In this document: positions 37,420 to 47,165 of the stretch, one piece after another | Numbering within the stretch: the first letter of the stretch is position 1 | How the letters are laid out: the number at the start of each line of letters is the position of its first letter | Source: an uncultured Candidatus Saccharibacteria bacterium | GTDB taxonomy: Bacteria; Patescibacteriota; Minisyncoccia; Phycocordibacterales; Phycocordibacteraceae | Reading direction: 5' to 3' | Assembly (NCBI GenBank): GCA_964398815.1 | Contig: CAYNNZ010000004.1 | Span: 8,074 to 72,073, forward strand | DNA length: 64,000 bases | Notes under the pieces: model-generated | The model's input: the letters and a program-made list of their open reading frames with translations, nothing else | Told to the model about the DNA's origin: nothing | The model's database searches: none | Program-made: the position numbers and the translations under genes

Positions 37420-38441
37420 TACTCGATGATACCACCGCCAACTACGGTATCTCCGTTGTATATGACGAGTGACTGGCCCGAAGCAGCTGGCTCAGGGAGT
37501 AACGTATCCGGCGTGAACGTCTGTTCGGTATAGGTGCCTGACACTAAAGGACCATGGTAGCGATATTGCGCCTCTACTTTCTGTCCAGGAGTTTGGAACC
37601 AATTTGCTTCGGTAAGTCTGATTGCGAACGCTGGTGCCTGTGAGGCGCGTTCATTCGAGACGACGAGCGTGTTTGTCTGGATGTCCTTCGCGATTACGTA
37701 CCATGGGCCTGCTGTAGCATCCTGTAGCGGCGCGCGTTCACCAAGTGTGTAGAGAAGCGCTCCGTCATGCGTTCCTACCTTCTTCCCCATTGAGTCCACG
37801 GCCTCGCCGGGCGTAACGGGAAATTCCGCACGCAGAAAATCATCCATCGAGACAGGTCCGAGGAAGCATATGCCCTGGCTGTCGCGCTTTTCGGCATTCG
37901 GAAGCCCCAGACTCTTTGCTTCGGTTCGTACTGCGGATTTATGCATTCCGCCGAGCGGAAAAAGGGTGTGAACGAGCGCTTCCTTGCCTATCGCCCAGAG
38001 GAAATAGCTCTGGTCCTTTTCTGGATCTACGCCTCGTAGAAGGCGACCGTCTTCTTGCCGCGCATAATGGCCAGTGGCGATGAAATCTGCACCATGTTCC
38101 ATCGCAAATCGATAGAACACGCCGAATTTCACGTCGCGATTGCACATAATGTCGGGGTTAGGCGTTCGGCCAGCACCATATTCCCGTATGAGGTAGTCGA
38201 TGACCGACTGTTTATATTCCTTCGATGCATCAAGCGTGTGGAATGGTATGCGCAGGTGCGCCGCAACGCGCATGGCGTCCTTTCTATCCGCTGCCCAGGT
38301 GCACGGCAGACCTTCCGGGTACCACCCCTTAATGAATACGCCTACGACTTCTGCGCCTGACTTCTGCAGTAGTGCAGCAGTGACCGCAGAGTCTACTCCG
38401 CCTGAGAGTCCGACGAATATTTTCTTACCCGCGACGTTCAT
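37419..38441 (-). CDS. mnmA: tRNA-specific 2-thiouridylase MnmA
   Basis: 340 aa from MNVAGKK (ATG 38441). VGLSGGVDSAV PP-loop, DSQGICFLG. Confidence 0.93.
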   Translation of the reverse strand: MNVAGKKIFVGLSGGVDSAVTAALLQKSGAEVVGVFIKGWYPEGLPCTWAADRKDAMRVAAHLRIPFHTLDASKEYKQSVIDYLIREYGAGRTPNPDIMCNRDVKFGVFYRFAMEHGADFIATGHYARQEDGRLLRGVDPEKDQSYFLWAIGKEALVHTLFPLGGMHKSAVRTEAKSLGLPNAEKRDSQGICFLGPVSMDDFLRAEFPVTPGEAVDSMGKKVGTHDGALLYTLGERAPLQDATAGPWYVIAKDIQTNTLVVSNERASQAPAFAIRLTEANWFQTPGQKVEAQYRYHGPLVSGTYTEQTFTPDTLLPEPAASGQSLVIYNGDTVVGGGIIE

Positions 38442-38530
38442 GTTCCCTGTATAGCATCCTTGACAGACGGTAGGAAGTTGTAATGATTTAGGTATCAGAA
38501 CGACATTCAAAGTCTGAACCCTGAAAGGAG

Positions 38531-38890
38531 GTGAGTTCTTTGAAACAAGGCTCTATTGAACGACAGAAATTGGAAGTCTTCGTCAATCCTGGCAAGGACT
38601 TGCAGTTGCGCAAGCCGGAACAGGCGAGCGACAAGTCCGTCGTGCGCGGCCCCTGCACACTGCGTGGCGAGGTAATCCTCTACGGCGAGGAGGAGTGGAT
38701 GATGGTCCCCAGCATGCCTGGGTACGGCATCCCACTCTATGAACGGAAACTCGGCGCCCTACCTAAAGGGAAAGACCGACAAGCGCGTCCAAGCACCATC
38801 ACCCAGCGCTCACTCCACGAAGACTGGGGAGAAGAGCGGATAGAGGTGAGCTGTCTCAATGATGACGGCACCACGGAGGAATTCTTCTGA
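38531..38890 (+). CDS. hypothetical protein (119 aa)
   Basis: GTG start preceded by GAAAGGAG. Terminator downstream. No motif. Confidence 0.5.
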   Translation: MSSLKQGSIERQKLEVFVNPGKDLQLRKPEQASDKSVVRGPCTLRGEVILYGEEEWMMVPSMPGYGIPLYERKLGALPKGKDRQARPSTITQRSLHEDWGEERIEVSCLNDDGTTEEFF

Positions 38891-38911
38891 TGTCTAGGAA
38901 GGGCCACACGG

Positions 38912-38955
38912 GTCGCGAGCCGCTGCCACCTGGCATGCTCGCGACTTTTCTTTTA
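38912..38955 (+). terminator. intrinsic terminator
   Basis: GTCGCGAGC - 15 nt - GCTCGCGAC followed by TTTTCTTTTATTT. Confidence 0.6.
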
Positions 38956-39951
38956 TTTGAAATACTTTTTTTGGTTCGAGATATGCTCCGCGAACGTCTT
39001 TGCGTAATGCATTTGTCCGTCGTCTCCGGTGAGGTAGTAGAGATAGTCCGTTTTTGCAGGCGTCAGCGCCGCCAGAAGTGACTCTCGACCCGGATTGTTT
39101 ATAGGCGTCGGTGGAAGTCCCTTGTATCGATAGGTGTTATAGGCGGAGTTCGATTTGAGATCTGCCTGGGTGGGCGCATAGCCGGTCCTGCCATAGATAT
39201 ACCCAAATGCCGCGTCCACCTGAAGCGGCATACCGATTGCCATGCGCTTCCAGAGTATTCCAGCGATGACGCGCCTATCCTCAAGCGTCTTCCCTTCTGC
39301 CTCAAGCAGCGAGGCCATGATTACCACATCACGCTCAGGGTGTGGTGATGCACGGAATTCTGCTTCGAGGCCCTGATTCGCATACGCAGCCTTCATGATG
39401 CTGATGACCTGCGTGGTGGTTGCGTCAGCGCGGAAGAAATATGTATCCGGGAACAGATACCCTTCTTCTGGAATTGCGACACTATCGAATTTCTGCTCAT
39501 CAATTTTCGGTAGATGTTGTGCGAGTGTCGCACCCATCTGGCGAACGGTCGTTCCCTCAGGGAATGTAATGCGCACCTGCGGGACTTCCGATGTTCCGTA
39601 TGCGAGAGCGCGTGCAAGCGCGAGTTCGCCCACTGGCTGCGGGAATACATAGTATCCGCTCCGTACACCATGCTGCCCCGGCAAGACTCGATAGAGCACA
39701 CGAAACAGGAGAGTTGAACGAATCAGCCCTGCGTTCTTAAGCACAGCTGCTTCGTGACGAACACTAACACCCTCATCCACGCCGATAGTCGTATTGGGAT
39801 GGAAAGTTACAGGCGACACAAAGAGATACCAAAACACGACAGCCGCCGGAACGACGAGTACGAGCAATGCACCTAGATACATCGTCCGCAGACGGCGAAA
39901 ATGGATGGAGAGGACAAGCGAAGCAACACGCAAAAAAGAAACAGGACTCAT
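38953..39951 (-). CDS. mltG: endolytic murein transglycosylase MltG (YceG-like)
   Basis: 332 aa. N-terminal TM, SLLEAEG, SAYNTYRYKGLPPTPINNPG, YLYYL. Confidence 0.9.
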   Translation of the reverse strand: MSPVSFLRVASLVLSIHFRRLRTMYLGALLVLVVPAAVVFWYLFVSPVTFHPNTTIGVDEGVSVRHEAAVLKNAGLIRSTLLFRVLYRVLPGQHGVRSGYYVFPQPVGELALARALAYGTSEVPQVRITFPEGTTVRQMGATLAQHLPKIDEQKFDSVAIPEEGYLFPDTYFFRADATTTQVISIMKAAYANQGLEAEFRASPHPERDVVIMASLLEAEGKTLEDRRVIAGILWKRMAIGMPLQVDAAFGYIYGRTGYAPTQADLKSNSAYNTYRYKGLPPTPINNPGRESLLAALTPAKTDYLYYLTGDDGQMHYAKTFAEHISNQKKYFK

Positions 39952-39958
39952 ACCACTA

Positions 39959-41320
39959 CTACGTCGGCAGGTTAGACGGCGCTTCGGAGGTCGAGGATTG
40001 TATACGCGGTAGCGACGGCGTTGTGACGCCCGATGATGGGATATGGAATATCGTCGCGAGCTCTTCAGTGTTCATGACCTGCCATGGCATCTTGTACGGC
40101 TCATTGAAGTAGGAACGGCGGCGGTATGAGTCCACCAGTCCATGCGCGGAATGGTGATGATGATGGCCCTTCGGGTCCTCCCATGGCCAGTCATCGAAAT
40201 TGGCAAACCAGCGCGTAATACCGAATGAATTACCCTGCGCGGACGCGATTGGATTCCAAAGTCCGATAAGGTGCGAGACGACGATACCCTGATAGGCATC
40301 CTTCGGTGCGGTGTAAATAGAGCGAATGCCCACATCGAAGAGCGGCTTACTGAGTTTGCGCTCGAGCGCCTCCATCTGATTCATCTGGCCCTTTGTGGGG
40401 TTCGGGAAGCTTTCCGTCTCGAATGTCTTGCCGGTCGCTGGGTCCACATGGGTCTGCTTACGCGTAATTGACTTGCGGATTGCCTCAAGCTCTTCGTTCT
40501 TCTCGTCGAATATCGTGTACTGCTTACCGGAAGAATTCTTCTTGCCGATGTATTTATCATCCTTGGTCACGCGTACGAGGATTTGAATCCAGAATTGCTC
40601 TTTAGGCGAAAGCGAGCCAAGCATTTCGAATATCTGAGCAAGCGGATCGACCTGCTCTTCAGGCTTCGCGAGTGGCGAATCCGGCTTCATGAACTCAGCG
40701 TAGGTGCGAATTGGATAGACATCCTTCGCCGTGAATTTATACTCGCAGCCCCACAAATCCCAATCATGTGCGGTGGGGTCTACCTTGAGGCTGTAGTCTT
40801 CCGCTTCAATGATTTCAACGCCAGGGTACTGCGCATAGATATAGCTCTCGAGACCACGACGGAAGCCGACGCGCGTACGAACGAATAGATGCACGCGTCC
40901 ACCGAGCGAGACGATTTCATAGGACCACGATGGGCGTACCGCACCTATCACGAGACGCTTCCACCACGTGGATTCTCCCGGACGAAGGTGCATGGACGAG
41001 AACACAGCCTCCATCGCGAGTGGCGTCTTGCGGACGTCGCGCGGAATGCGGATTTCGAGCAGGACGTACTCCTGGCGAGCAATGAACGCGAGGCGGTTCG
41101 CAGTCACCCAACGTAGGAATGCGAATTTTCCGAGGACAATCGGGAGCCAGAGCGGCGAGATGACCGCAAGAAATTCAATGTTCCGCCACGTCTGGAGCGG
41201 GTCGAGCGTGAGGAATGCAATATTCGCCGCAATGAAGCAGATAATGAACGGCTGCGCAGAGACGAATATGCCTCGCTGGTGCGCAGCATGCAGGATGTCG
41301 AACCCGCCTCCGGAACTCAT
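39959..41320 (-). CDS. conserved-looking membrane protein of unknown function
   Basis: 453 aa. Three N-terminal TM segments, LLEIRIPRDVRKTPLAMEAVFSSMH block, and a KGHHHHHSAHG histidine run near the C-terminus. Confidence 0.65.
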   Translation of the reverse strand: MSSGGGFDILHAAHQRGIFVSAQPFIICFIAANIAFLTLDPLQTWRNIEFLAVISPLWLPIVLGKFAFLRWVTANRLAFIARQEYVLLEIRIPRDVRKTPLAMEAVFSSMHLRPGESTWWKRLVIGAVRPSWSYEIVSLGGRVHLFVRTRVGFRRGLESYIYAQYPGVEIIEAEDYSLKVDPTAHDWDLWGCEYKFTAKDVYPIRTYAEFMKPDSPLAKPEEQVDPLAQIFEMLGSLSPKEQFWIQILVRVTKDDKYIGKKNSSGKQYTIFDEKNEELEAIRKSITRKQTHVDPATGKTFETESFPNPTKGQMNQMEALERKLSKPLFDVGIRSIYTAPKDAYQGIVVSHLIGLWNPIASAQGNSFGITRWFANFDDWPWEDPKGHHHHHSAHGLVDSYRRRSYFNEPYKMPWQVMNTEELATIFHIPSSGVTTPSLPRIQSSTSEAPSNLPT

Positions 41321-41338
41321 GAGGAAAAGTATAACAAA

Positions 41339-41368
41339 CGAAAAGCCGCCCTTTCGGGCGGCTTTTCG
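41339..41368. terminator. bidirectional hairpin terminator
   Basis: CGAAAAGCCGCCC-TTTC-GGGCGGCTTTTCG. Confidence 0.65.
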
Positions 41369-41377
41369 TTTGGCTGA

Positions 41378-42445
41378 TTAAACAGCGGAGTAGGTGCCGT
41401 CTTTCGCCTTCTTGAAATAGCGCGTGTCGTTGAGGTTCACGAGGATGGTGTTGTCCTTCACATAGCGAACTTTCTTCACTGCTTCGATGACCTCGTCGCG
41501 CGTAAGTGCCTTGCCTGCGAGCACCTTCTTGATGACATCGCGCACGACACCTGGCTGGTAGCCCCACTCAGCGAGCGCGTAGAGACCGCGACCGACAAGC
41601 ACGAAACGAGAGTCCTTGATGAGCTCATTGTGCGTCGTTGCAACATGCGCCTTCTTGGAGAAGGTCTCGCTGATAGCCTTCGCCACATCAGAGAAGTGCA
41701 TCGGGGAGCCCTCCTTCTTAATGACGAGGTAGGCATAATCGCGAATACCCTTGGTGCGGATAGCAGGCGCGTGCGCCTTACCCCACTCAGCAAGCGGGTT
41801 CTTCGCGATGTTCTTTGAGATAGAAAGCCAACGCTTGAGGATTTCCTCATTGCGGTATGCAGCGTTCACCTCCTTGAGCTCCTCGAGGAACTTGTTGATG
41901 ATTTCACCTTCCGGAAGAACCTCAGCATCATCGAGCTGCGCGTAGAGACGCGTAAGCGCTGCATGGACCATGTCCGCAGTGCGGGAGTCGACATGCCAAC
42001 GTGCATAGAAATCATCGGTCTCGCGCTCGCGGAAGAACGCAGAACCGACTACGAGGAGAAAACGAAAACGGTTGCGGCTCTTCTCGTCAGACGCGAGGCC
42101 TGCGAGAAGCGCATCCTCAGGGACGATGGCGCCCTGCGCGTCGATGTAGGCGCGAAGCTCCTCAAAGGAACCCTCTACCTCACGGAACGCACGGGAGTGG
42201 CGGATGGCCTCAATGCCGGATGCCTCAATCTGGCGGACGCGCTCGCGCGTGATGCCCCAGCGCTCGCCAATGGCCTCGAGAGTCTCGCGCTCAGAGGAAG
42301 TGCCCAGTCCAAAGCGATAGACCAGGACCTCGCGGGCACGCTCAGGCACCTCCGCGAGGAGCTTCTTCACGAGGGCAGCGCTGTCGAACGAGAGCGAGCT
42401 CTTCGCCTTGCTGACCGCCTTTGATTTAGCCACTTTTTTCGCCAT
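41378..42445 (-). CDS. sigma-70 region-4-like HTH protein with C-terminal HARE-HTH-like domain
   Basis: 355 aa. ERAREVLVYRFGLG...TLEAIGERWGITRERVRQIE (region 4.2-like). C-terminus SPMHFSDVAKAI...FVLVGRGLYALAEWGY (HARE-HTH-like, as in the RNAP delta subunit). Confidence 0.7.
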   Translation of the reverse strand: MAKKVAKSKAVSKAKSSLSFDSAALVKKLLAEVPERAREVLVYRFGLGTSSERETLEAIGERWGITRERVRQIEASGIEAIRHSRAFREVEGSFEELRAYIDAQGAIVPEDALLAGLASDEKSRNRFRFLLVVGSAFFRERETDDFYARWHVDSRTADMVHAALTRLYAQLDDAEVLPEGEIINKFLEELKEVNAAYRNEEILKRWLSISKNIAKNPLAEWGKAHAPAIRTKGIRDYAYLVIKKEGSPMHFSDVAKAISETFSKKAHVATTHNELIKDSRFVLVGRGLYALAEWGYQPGVVRDVIKKVLAGKALTRDEVIEAVKKVRYVKDNTILVNLNDTRYFKKAKDGTYSAV

Positions 42446-42508
42446 ATTTCGTAATTAGTTGTGTGTTGTAGTTATATCAAATGTATTGCAAATCGTCAAA
42501 TACCCGCA

Positions 42509-45346
42509 TTAGACCACAAGATTGAGGATTCGGCCGGGCACGTAAATGACACGTGAAGGCCTCACTTTACCAAGTGAAGTCTTCACACTGGCAATCTGGA
42601 TGGCCATATCCACTGCATCTGCCTCGGATGCATCCGGAGCGATGGTTATTTCCCCACGTTTCTTGCCGTTTACCTGCACGGTAAGCACCACCTCATCTGC
42701 GACGAGAAGCGACTCATCCGCTGTCGGCCATGCCGCAGCGTGGACACTTCCCTCTTCTCCCAGAGTGCCCCAGAGATGCTCTGTGAGATGCGGAGCAAAC
42801 GGTGCGAGCAAAACCAGAAGGGTACGAACTGCCTGTCGCGGTACCGCTGGCAGTGCTTCGAGGTCGCGCACGAGCACCATGAGCGCAGAGAGGGCGGTAT
42901 TGAATTTAAAGCGGTCGATTTCGCCAGTTACTTTACTCGTCGCCAGTGCGAGTGCGCGTAGTGTTGCTTCGTTCGGCTCGCTGTCGTCTGCCTTACTGGC
43001 GAGTGCATACACGCGATCGAGGAATTTGCGCATCGACAGCGTTCCGTCCAGATTCCATGGGTAGTGACCTGGCTCGTTATATGGACCGATGAATGCGAGG
43101 TACATGCGCACCGCGTCAGCGCCGAATTTCGCCACTACTTCGTCCGGGTTCACGACATTCCCCTTCGACTTACTCATCTTCGCGCCGTCCGTGCCGAGCA
43201 CGATGCCGCGATTGAATCGTTCGGAGAATGGTTCCGACACCGGTGAGAGTGCGAGGTCGTAGAGCACCTTCGTAAAGAACCGTGCATACAGGAGATGCAT
43301 CGTTGTGTGCTCGCTGCCGCCTGAGTAGCGGTCTATCGGCATCCACTTCTTCATGAGCGCAGCGTCGGAGAAATCATGCTCATCCTTCGGGTCGAGATAG
43401 CGGAAGAAATACCAGGATGAGTCTACGAAGGTATCGAGCGTGTCGTATTCCGGTGTCCAGCCTTCGCCGAATATGCGCGTAACGCGCTCCTGGAGTTCTT
43501 TAGAAGACGCGAGCGGGGACTTTCCTTCGCCTGCAGCACCCGGCGTCATGTCGACATCTTCCGGAAGCAACCACGGGAGATGCTCAGATGGGATAGGGTG
43601 CGGATTACCTTCTGGGTCATAGACGACCGGTATCGGACAGCCCCAGTATCGCTGTCGACCAACTGACCAATCGCGTATACGGAACTGCTTCACCCGCTCG
43701 CCTCCGGCGGCCTCAGCGATATCCCAGATGGCTTCGCGGTTTGGCTTTCCGGTAAAGTCTCCGGAATTCGTGAGCAGACCATCGCCAGTGTAATGACCCT
43801 TTCCGAGGAATCGGGCGAGTGCGTACTGATGCTGGTCATCATGTATCTCCTTCACCGCAACCTCCGGCGTTACCCACTCCACGGTGAATTTACCCTTCTC
43901 ATCTTCTTCGAGCTCCTGCTCGCTCTGTGTATCGGATGCGAGCTTGAAATGCAGAATGGTCGTATGCGCGAGCGTTGCTTGATTCTTCGAGAATGCAAAA
44001 TAGGAATGATGGACCTTTTCGTCCGCACGTTCGATGAGCTCTAATTCCTTGTAGCCGGTCTCTTCGCCTATTTCTCGGCTCGCGGTAATTGCTGGGTCTT
44101 CACCCTCATTTACTGTCCCGCCCACGAGCAGGCGCCCACCGAGCTCTTTCGGCCAGTTGATGGTGAGCACTTTACCGTTGTGCTCGACAACGGCGACGAT
44201 TTTCTCCTTATGTTTCGGGTCGACTTGCTCTTCACCGGTAATCGGGTCGATGACGTAGCGAATTGGTAGGTTGTACTTCTTCGCGAACTCATAATCGCGC
44301 TCGTCGTGCGCAGGCACCGCCATAACAGCGCCTGTACCGTATGAGGCAAGTACGTAATCAGCGACATAGACCGGAATGGATTCCTTGGTCGCAGGGTTTG
44401 TTGCAGTGAGGCCATCGAGCACCACACCAGTCTTCTCTTTGTTCTCACTGCGCTCGCGCTCGGTCTTCTTCCCGGTCGCCTTCTGATATGCGCGAACCGC
44501 ATCGACATTGGTCGCGTGCGCAAGAAGCGATTCGAGTGCCGGGTGCTCCGGAGCGAGTACGAGGTAGGTGGCGCCATAGAGGGTGTCAGGACGGGTAGTG
44601 AACACCTGGATATCCGTAGTCTCCGATCCAGTCGCAACCGGGAATGTAATTTTCGCGCCGTCTGACTGCCCTATCCACGCGCGCTGCGCTTCTTTTATCT
44701 CATTCGGCCAGGCGAGCCCGTCGAGGTCAGCAAGGAGACGCTCCGCGTACGCGGTGATTTTGAGGAACCACTGCGTGAGCATCTTGTCTTCGACTTCATG
44801 TCCGCAGCGTTCGCATTTTCCATCCACTACCTGCTCGTTGGCGAGCACCGTCTTATCATTCGGGCACCACTTCACCGATGCGAGCCTGCGCTCTGCGAGT
44901 CCGTGCTCGAGGAACTTCGTGAAGAGCCACTGCGTCCACTTGTAGTAGGAAGGGTCGCAGGTGATGACTTCCTTCGACCAATCCATGGATGCGCCCATCG
45001 TCTCCAGCTGGCGACGCATGTTCGCCATGTTGTCGTAGGTCCATTTCTTCGGGTCGAGACCACGCTTTATCGCCGCATTCTCAGCCGGCAGCCCGAACGC
45101 GTCGAATCCCATCGGGAAGAGTACGTTCTTCCCTGCCATGCGCAGTTTGCGGGCGTAGATGTCCGTAAGTGCGAACGCATACCAGTGCCCGATATGCAGA
45201 TCTCCTGATGGATACGGAAATTCAAAGAGGAGGTAGTACTTCTCTTTGGTCTCATCCGTGAGGTCGGTCTCGTACAGATTGAGGCCTGCCCACTTTTGGC
45301 GGGCTGCCTGTTCTATCTCTACGTGATTGAACGACTCTCGCGCCAT
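42509..45346 (-). CDS. leuS: leucyl-tRNA synthetase with an inserted Nudix hydrolase domain
   Basis: 945 aa. PSGDLHIGHWY (HIGH), TTRPDTLYGATY and GTGAVMAVPAHDERD (CP1 editing), KMSKSKGN. Residues about 378-515 carry a perfect Nudix box GTVNEGEDPAITASREIGEETGY. Confidence 0.96.
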   Translation of the reverse strand: MARESFNHVEIEQAARQKWAGLNLYETDLTDETKEKYYLLFEFPYPSGDLHIGHWYAFALTDIYARKLRMAGKNVLFPMGFDAFGLPAENAAIKRGLDPKKWTYDNMANMRRQLETMGASMDWSKEVITCDPSYYKWTQWLFTKFLEHGLAERRLASVKWCPNDKTVLANEQVVDGKCERCGHEVEDKMLTQWFLKITAYAERLLADLDGLAWPNEIKEAQRAWIGQSDGAKITFPVATGSETTDIQVFTTRPDTLYGATYLVLAPEHPALESLLAHATNVDAVRAYQKATGKKTERERSENKEKTGVVLDGLTATNPATKESIPVYVADYVLASYGTGAVMAVPAHDERDYEFAKKYNLPIRYVIDPITGEEQVDPKHKEKIVAVVEHNGKVLTINWPKELGGRLLVGGTVNEGEDPAITASREIGEETGYKELELIERADEKVHHSYFAFSKNQATLAHTTILHFKLASDTQSEQELEEDEKGKFTVEWVTPEVAVKEIHDDQHQYALARFLGKGHYTGDGLLTNSGDFTGKPNREAIWDIAEAAGGERVKQFRIRDWSVGRQRYWGCPIPVVYDPEGNPHPIPSEHLPWLLPEDVDMTPGAAGEGKSPLASSKELQERVTRIFGEGWTPEYDTLDTFVDSSWYFFRYLDPKDEHDFSDAALMKKWMPIDRYSGGSEHTTMHLLYARFFTKVLYDLALSPVSEPFSERFNRGIVLGTDGAKMSKSKGNVVNPDEVVAKFGADAVRMYLAFIGPYNEPGHYPWNLDGTLSMRKFLDRVYALASKADDSEPNEATLRALALATSKVTGEIDRFKFNTALSALMVLVRDLEALPAVPRQAVRTLLVLLAPFAPHLTEHLWGTLGEEGSVHAAAWPTADESLLVADEVVLTVQVNGKKRGEITIAPDASEADAVDMAIQIASVKTSLGKVRPSRVIYVPGRILNLVV

Positions 45347-45352
45347 GACTCT

Positions 45353-46348
45353 CTAGAGCGGCTTTGCGGCTGGAATGGGCGGGAATTTATCCGGGTCGAT
45401 AGTACGTGTGAAGCACGCAGTTCCTGCTTCGTGCTGCCAGTTGTCATCCATTCCGCCAAAGCTTGGAGAGGTTGGGTAGGCGATGTCGCGTCCCATACCT
45501 ACAGAACCACGTCCCTTCATGTCAGCTGCAGCCGTCTTGAAGTCGGCGCAGAGCTTGAACGTAAGCGGAGCAGTGCGTTCATACGTGTAGTTTGCACCTG
45601 TCTGCGGGTCGACCGGCACAATGAAATTCGAGAGCGGGTCATTGAGCAAATCAAGCGACTCAGGAAGCTTCTGCTTCTGCTGATAGTAGTACGTCAGCTG
45701 GTACTGAATGCTGGTGAGATCTGACACACGCTGGCTATCGAGGCGCAGGTCGCGCACATGGCCCGGAGTTCCAATGATGAAGAATCCAGCGACCACAGTT
45801 GCGAGTGCGGCAATACCGACAATGATGCCGACGAGATTTCCCTTCTTTGCGTTGCGTACCCAGTAGCCCTTCAGGTCAAGATAGAAGTAACCGAAGGTAA
45901 GGAGTGCGACTACGAGCACGGCGAGGACCTTCAGACCAAAGCGAATGGTTATCTCACCGCCAAGGAATGTATTGATAAGCGTAGCGAGGTCGATGAGCGC
46001 AGCGACGACTGCAATGAAGAGCGTGAGCACGAGCGCCCAGCGACGCACCCAGATGTTTGCCTTACCAGACTCTGCGATTATCGAGCCGCGAATGAGACGG
46101 AAAAGCACGAGCATCGTAGGGACGAGCACTATGAGTGCTGCCATAGAGGTGCGCACGGCGCCACCATATGGGTCTCCATATCCAGCGAGCGCATCCGGGA
46201 AAAGATAGTTAATGTACTCAAACTTAAGCGCGAGAACGGAAGTAACAGAGCCGTAGAGCGCGATGATGGCACCAAGCCAGAGGAAGAAATCGCGCGGGGT
46301 TGTTTTTGAGGAATTGCTTGCAGGAGCTGGAGCGGGTGTGTTTTCCAT
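45353..46348 (-). CDS. multi-pass membrane protein with C-terminal extracytoplasmic domain (DUF5671-like by recollection)
   Basis: About 331 aa from MENTPAP. Five to six TM segments, then a region resembling pilin/pseudopilin-associated domains (SDLTSIQYQLTYYYQQKQKLPESL). Confidence 0.6.
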   Translation of the reverse strand: MENTPAPAPASNSSKTTPRDFFLWLGAIIALYGSVTSVLALKFEYINYLFPDALAGYGDPYGGAVRTSMAALIVLVPTMLVLFRLIRGSIIAESGKANIWVRRWALVLTLFIAVVAALIDLATLINTFLGGEITIRFGLKVLAVLVVALLTFGYFYLDLKGYWVRNAKKGNLVGIIVGIAALATVVAGFFIIGTPGHVRDLRLDSQRVSDLTSIQYQLTYYYQQKQKLPESLDLLNDPLSNFIVPVDPQTGANYTYERTAPLTFKLCADFKTAAADMKGRGSVGMGRDIAYPTSPSFGGMDDNWQHEAGTACFTRTIDPDKFPPIPAAKPL

Positions 46349-46388
46349 AGTGCGCGGATTATACCACAAAAAAGTTTCGCCCGCCGTC

Positions 46389-47078
46389 TCATGAAGAGTC
46401 GGCGGGCGTCTCGCGTGCGGCGAATAGTTCAGCTATGAGATCACTGACCAGTGGATAAAGTTCCTGGTCAAAGAGCGAAATGGGCGCACTTTTATCCTTA
46501 CCAAAGACCGATGTTTGGAGTTCATTGTACTCGGCCTCACTGAACGCAATGCCGAGGTAGCGGTTCCATTCGCAGCCGATATACATGCTCCAGTCGATGG
46601 CCCTGTCGTCTGTCAGACTGTACGTATTCCACGCATGGAGCATAGGGTTGGCCAGGTAACCGCAGACCATACCCTCCACGTAGCACAGACGGTTAGTGTC
46701 CTTATGCCGTCTTGCACCTTTATTGACGTTTCGCATCCACACCTGCGAATTGCCGAAGCATTCGCCGGCGAGAGGCTGACGGGGGAAGGTTCGGAATTTT
46801 GGTGATAATTCTGGAGTGGAGCGGTAATGGCGTCCTTGTTTCAGCAAGAGTTCAAGAGCATCCGGATGAAAGACGCACTTTCCAGGCATCGATGGTTGCA
46901 GCGCGAAGCCACTCCTCATGTGGGCGAGTTCAACGAGGGCGATATGCCCGATGAGACTATCGTGGCCGTCCGGAAAGTTCTGACTGAACCACTCATCAGC
47001 CTTGAACTTAAATTCTGGGTCCTCGTAGACGTAGTTCCATGCCTCCTCGTAGGAGGTGAAGGGTTCTTGGTCGGACAT
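46389..47078 (-). CDS. hypothetical protein with transglutaminase/papain-like Cys-His-Asp arrangement
   Basis: 229 aa from MSDQEPF. GECFGNSQVW ... YVEGMVCGY...MLHAWNTY...DRAIDWS parallels the transglutaminase-core order C...H...D. Confidence 0.45.
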   Translation of the reverse strand: MSDQEPFTSYEEAWNYVYEDPEFKFKADEWFSQNFPDGHDSLIGHIALVELAHMRSGFALQPSMPGKCVFHPDALELLLKQGRHYRSTPELSPKFRTFPRQPLAGECFGNSQVWMRNVNKGARRHKDTNRLCYVEGMVCGYLANPMLHAWNTYSLTDDRAIDWSMYIGCEWNRYLGIAFSEAEYNELQTSVFGKDKSAPISLFDQELYPLVSDLIAELFAARETPADSS

Positions 47079-47165
47079 GTTCACCTCCTTGGCTGTCCGC
47101 CTGCAATAGAACACGAACGGGATGGAAAGTAAATCGACGCCAGGGTAACCGTATATACTTTAGGA

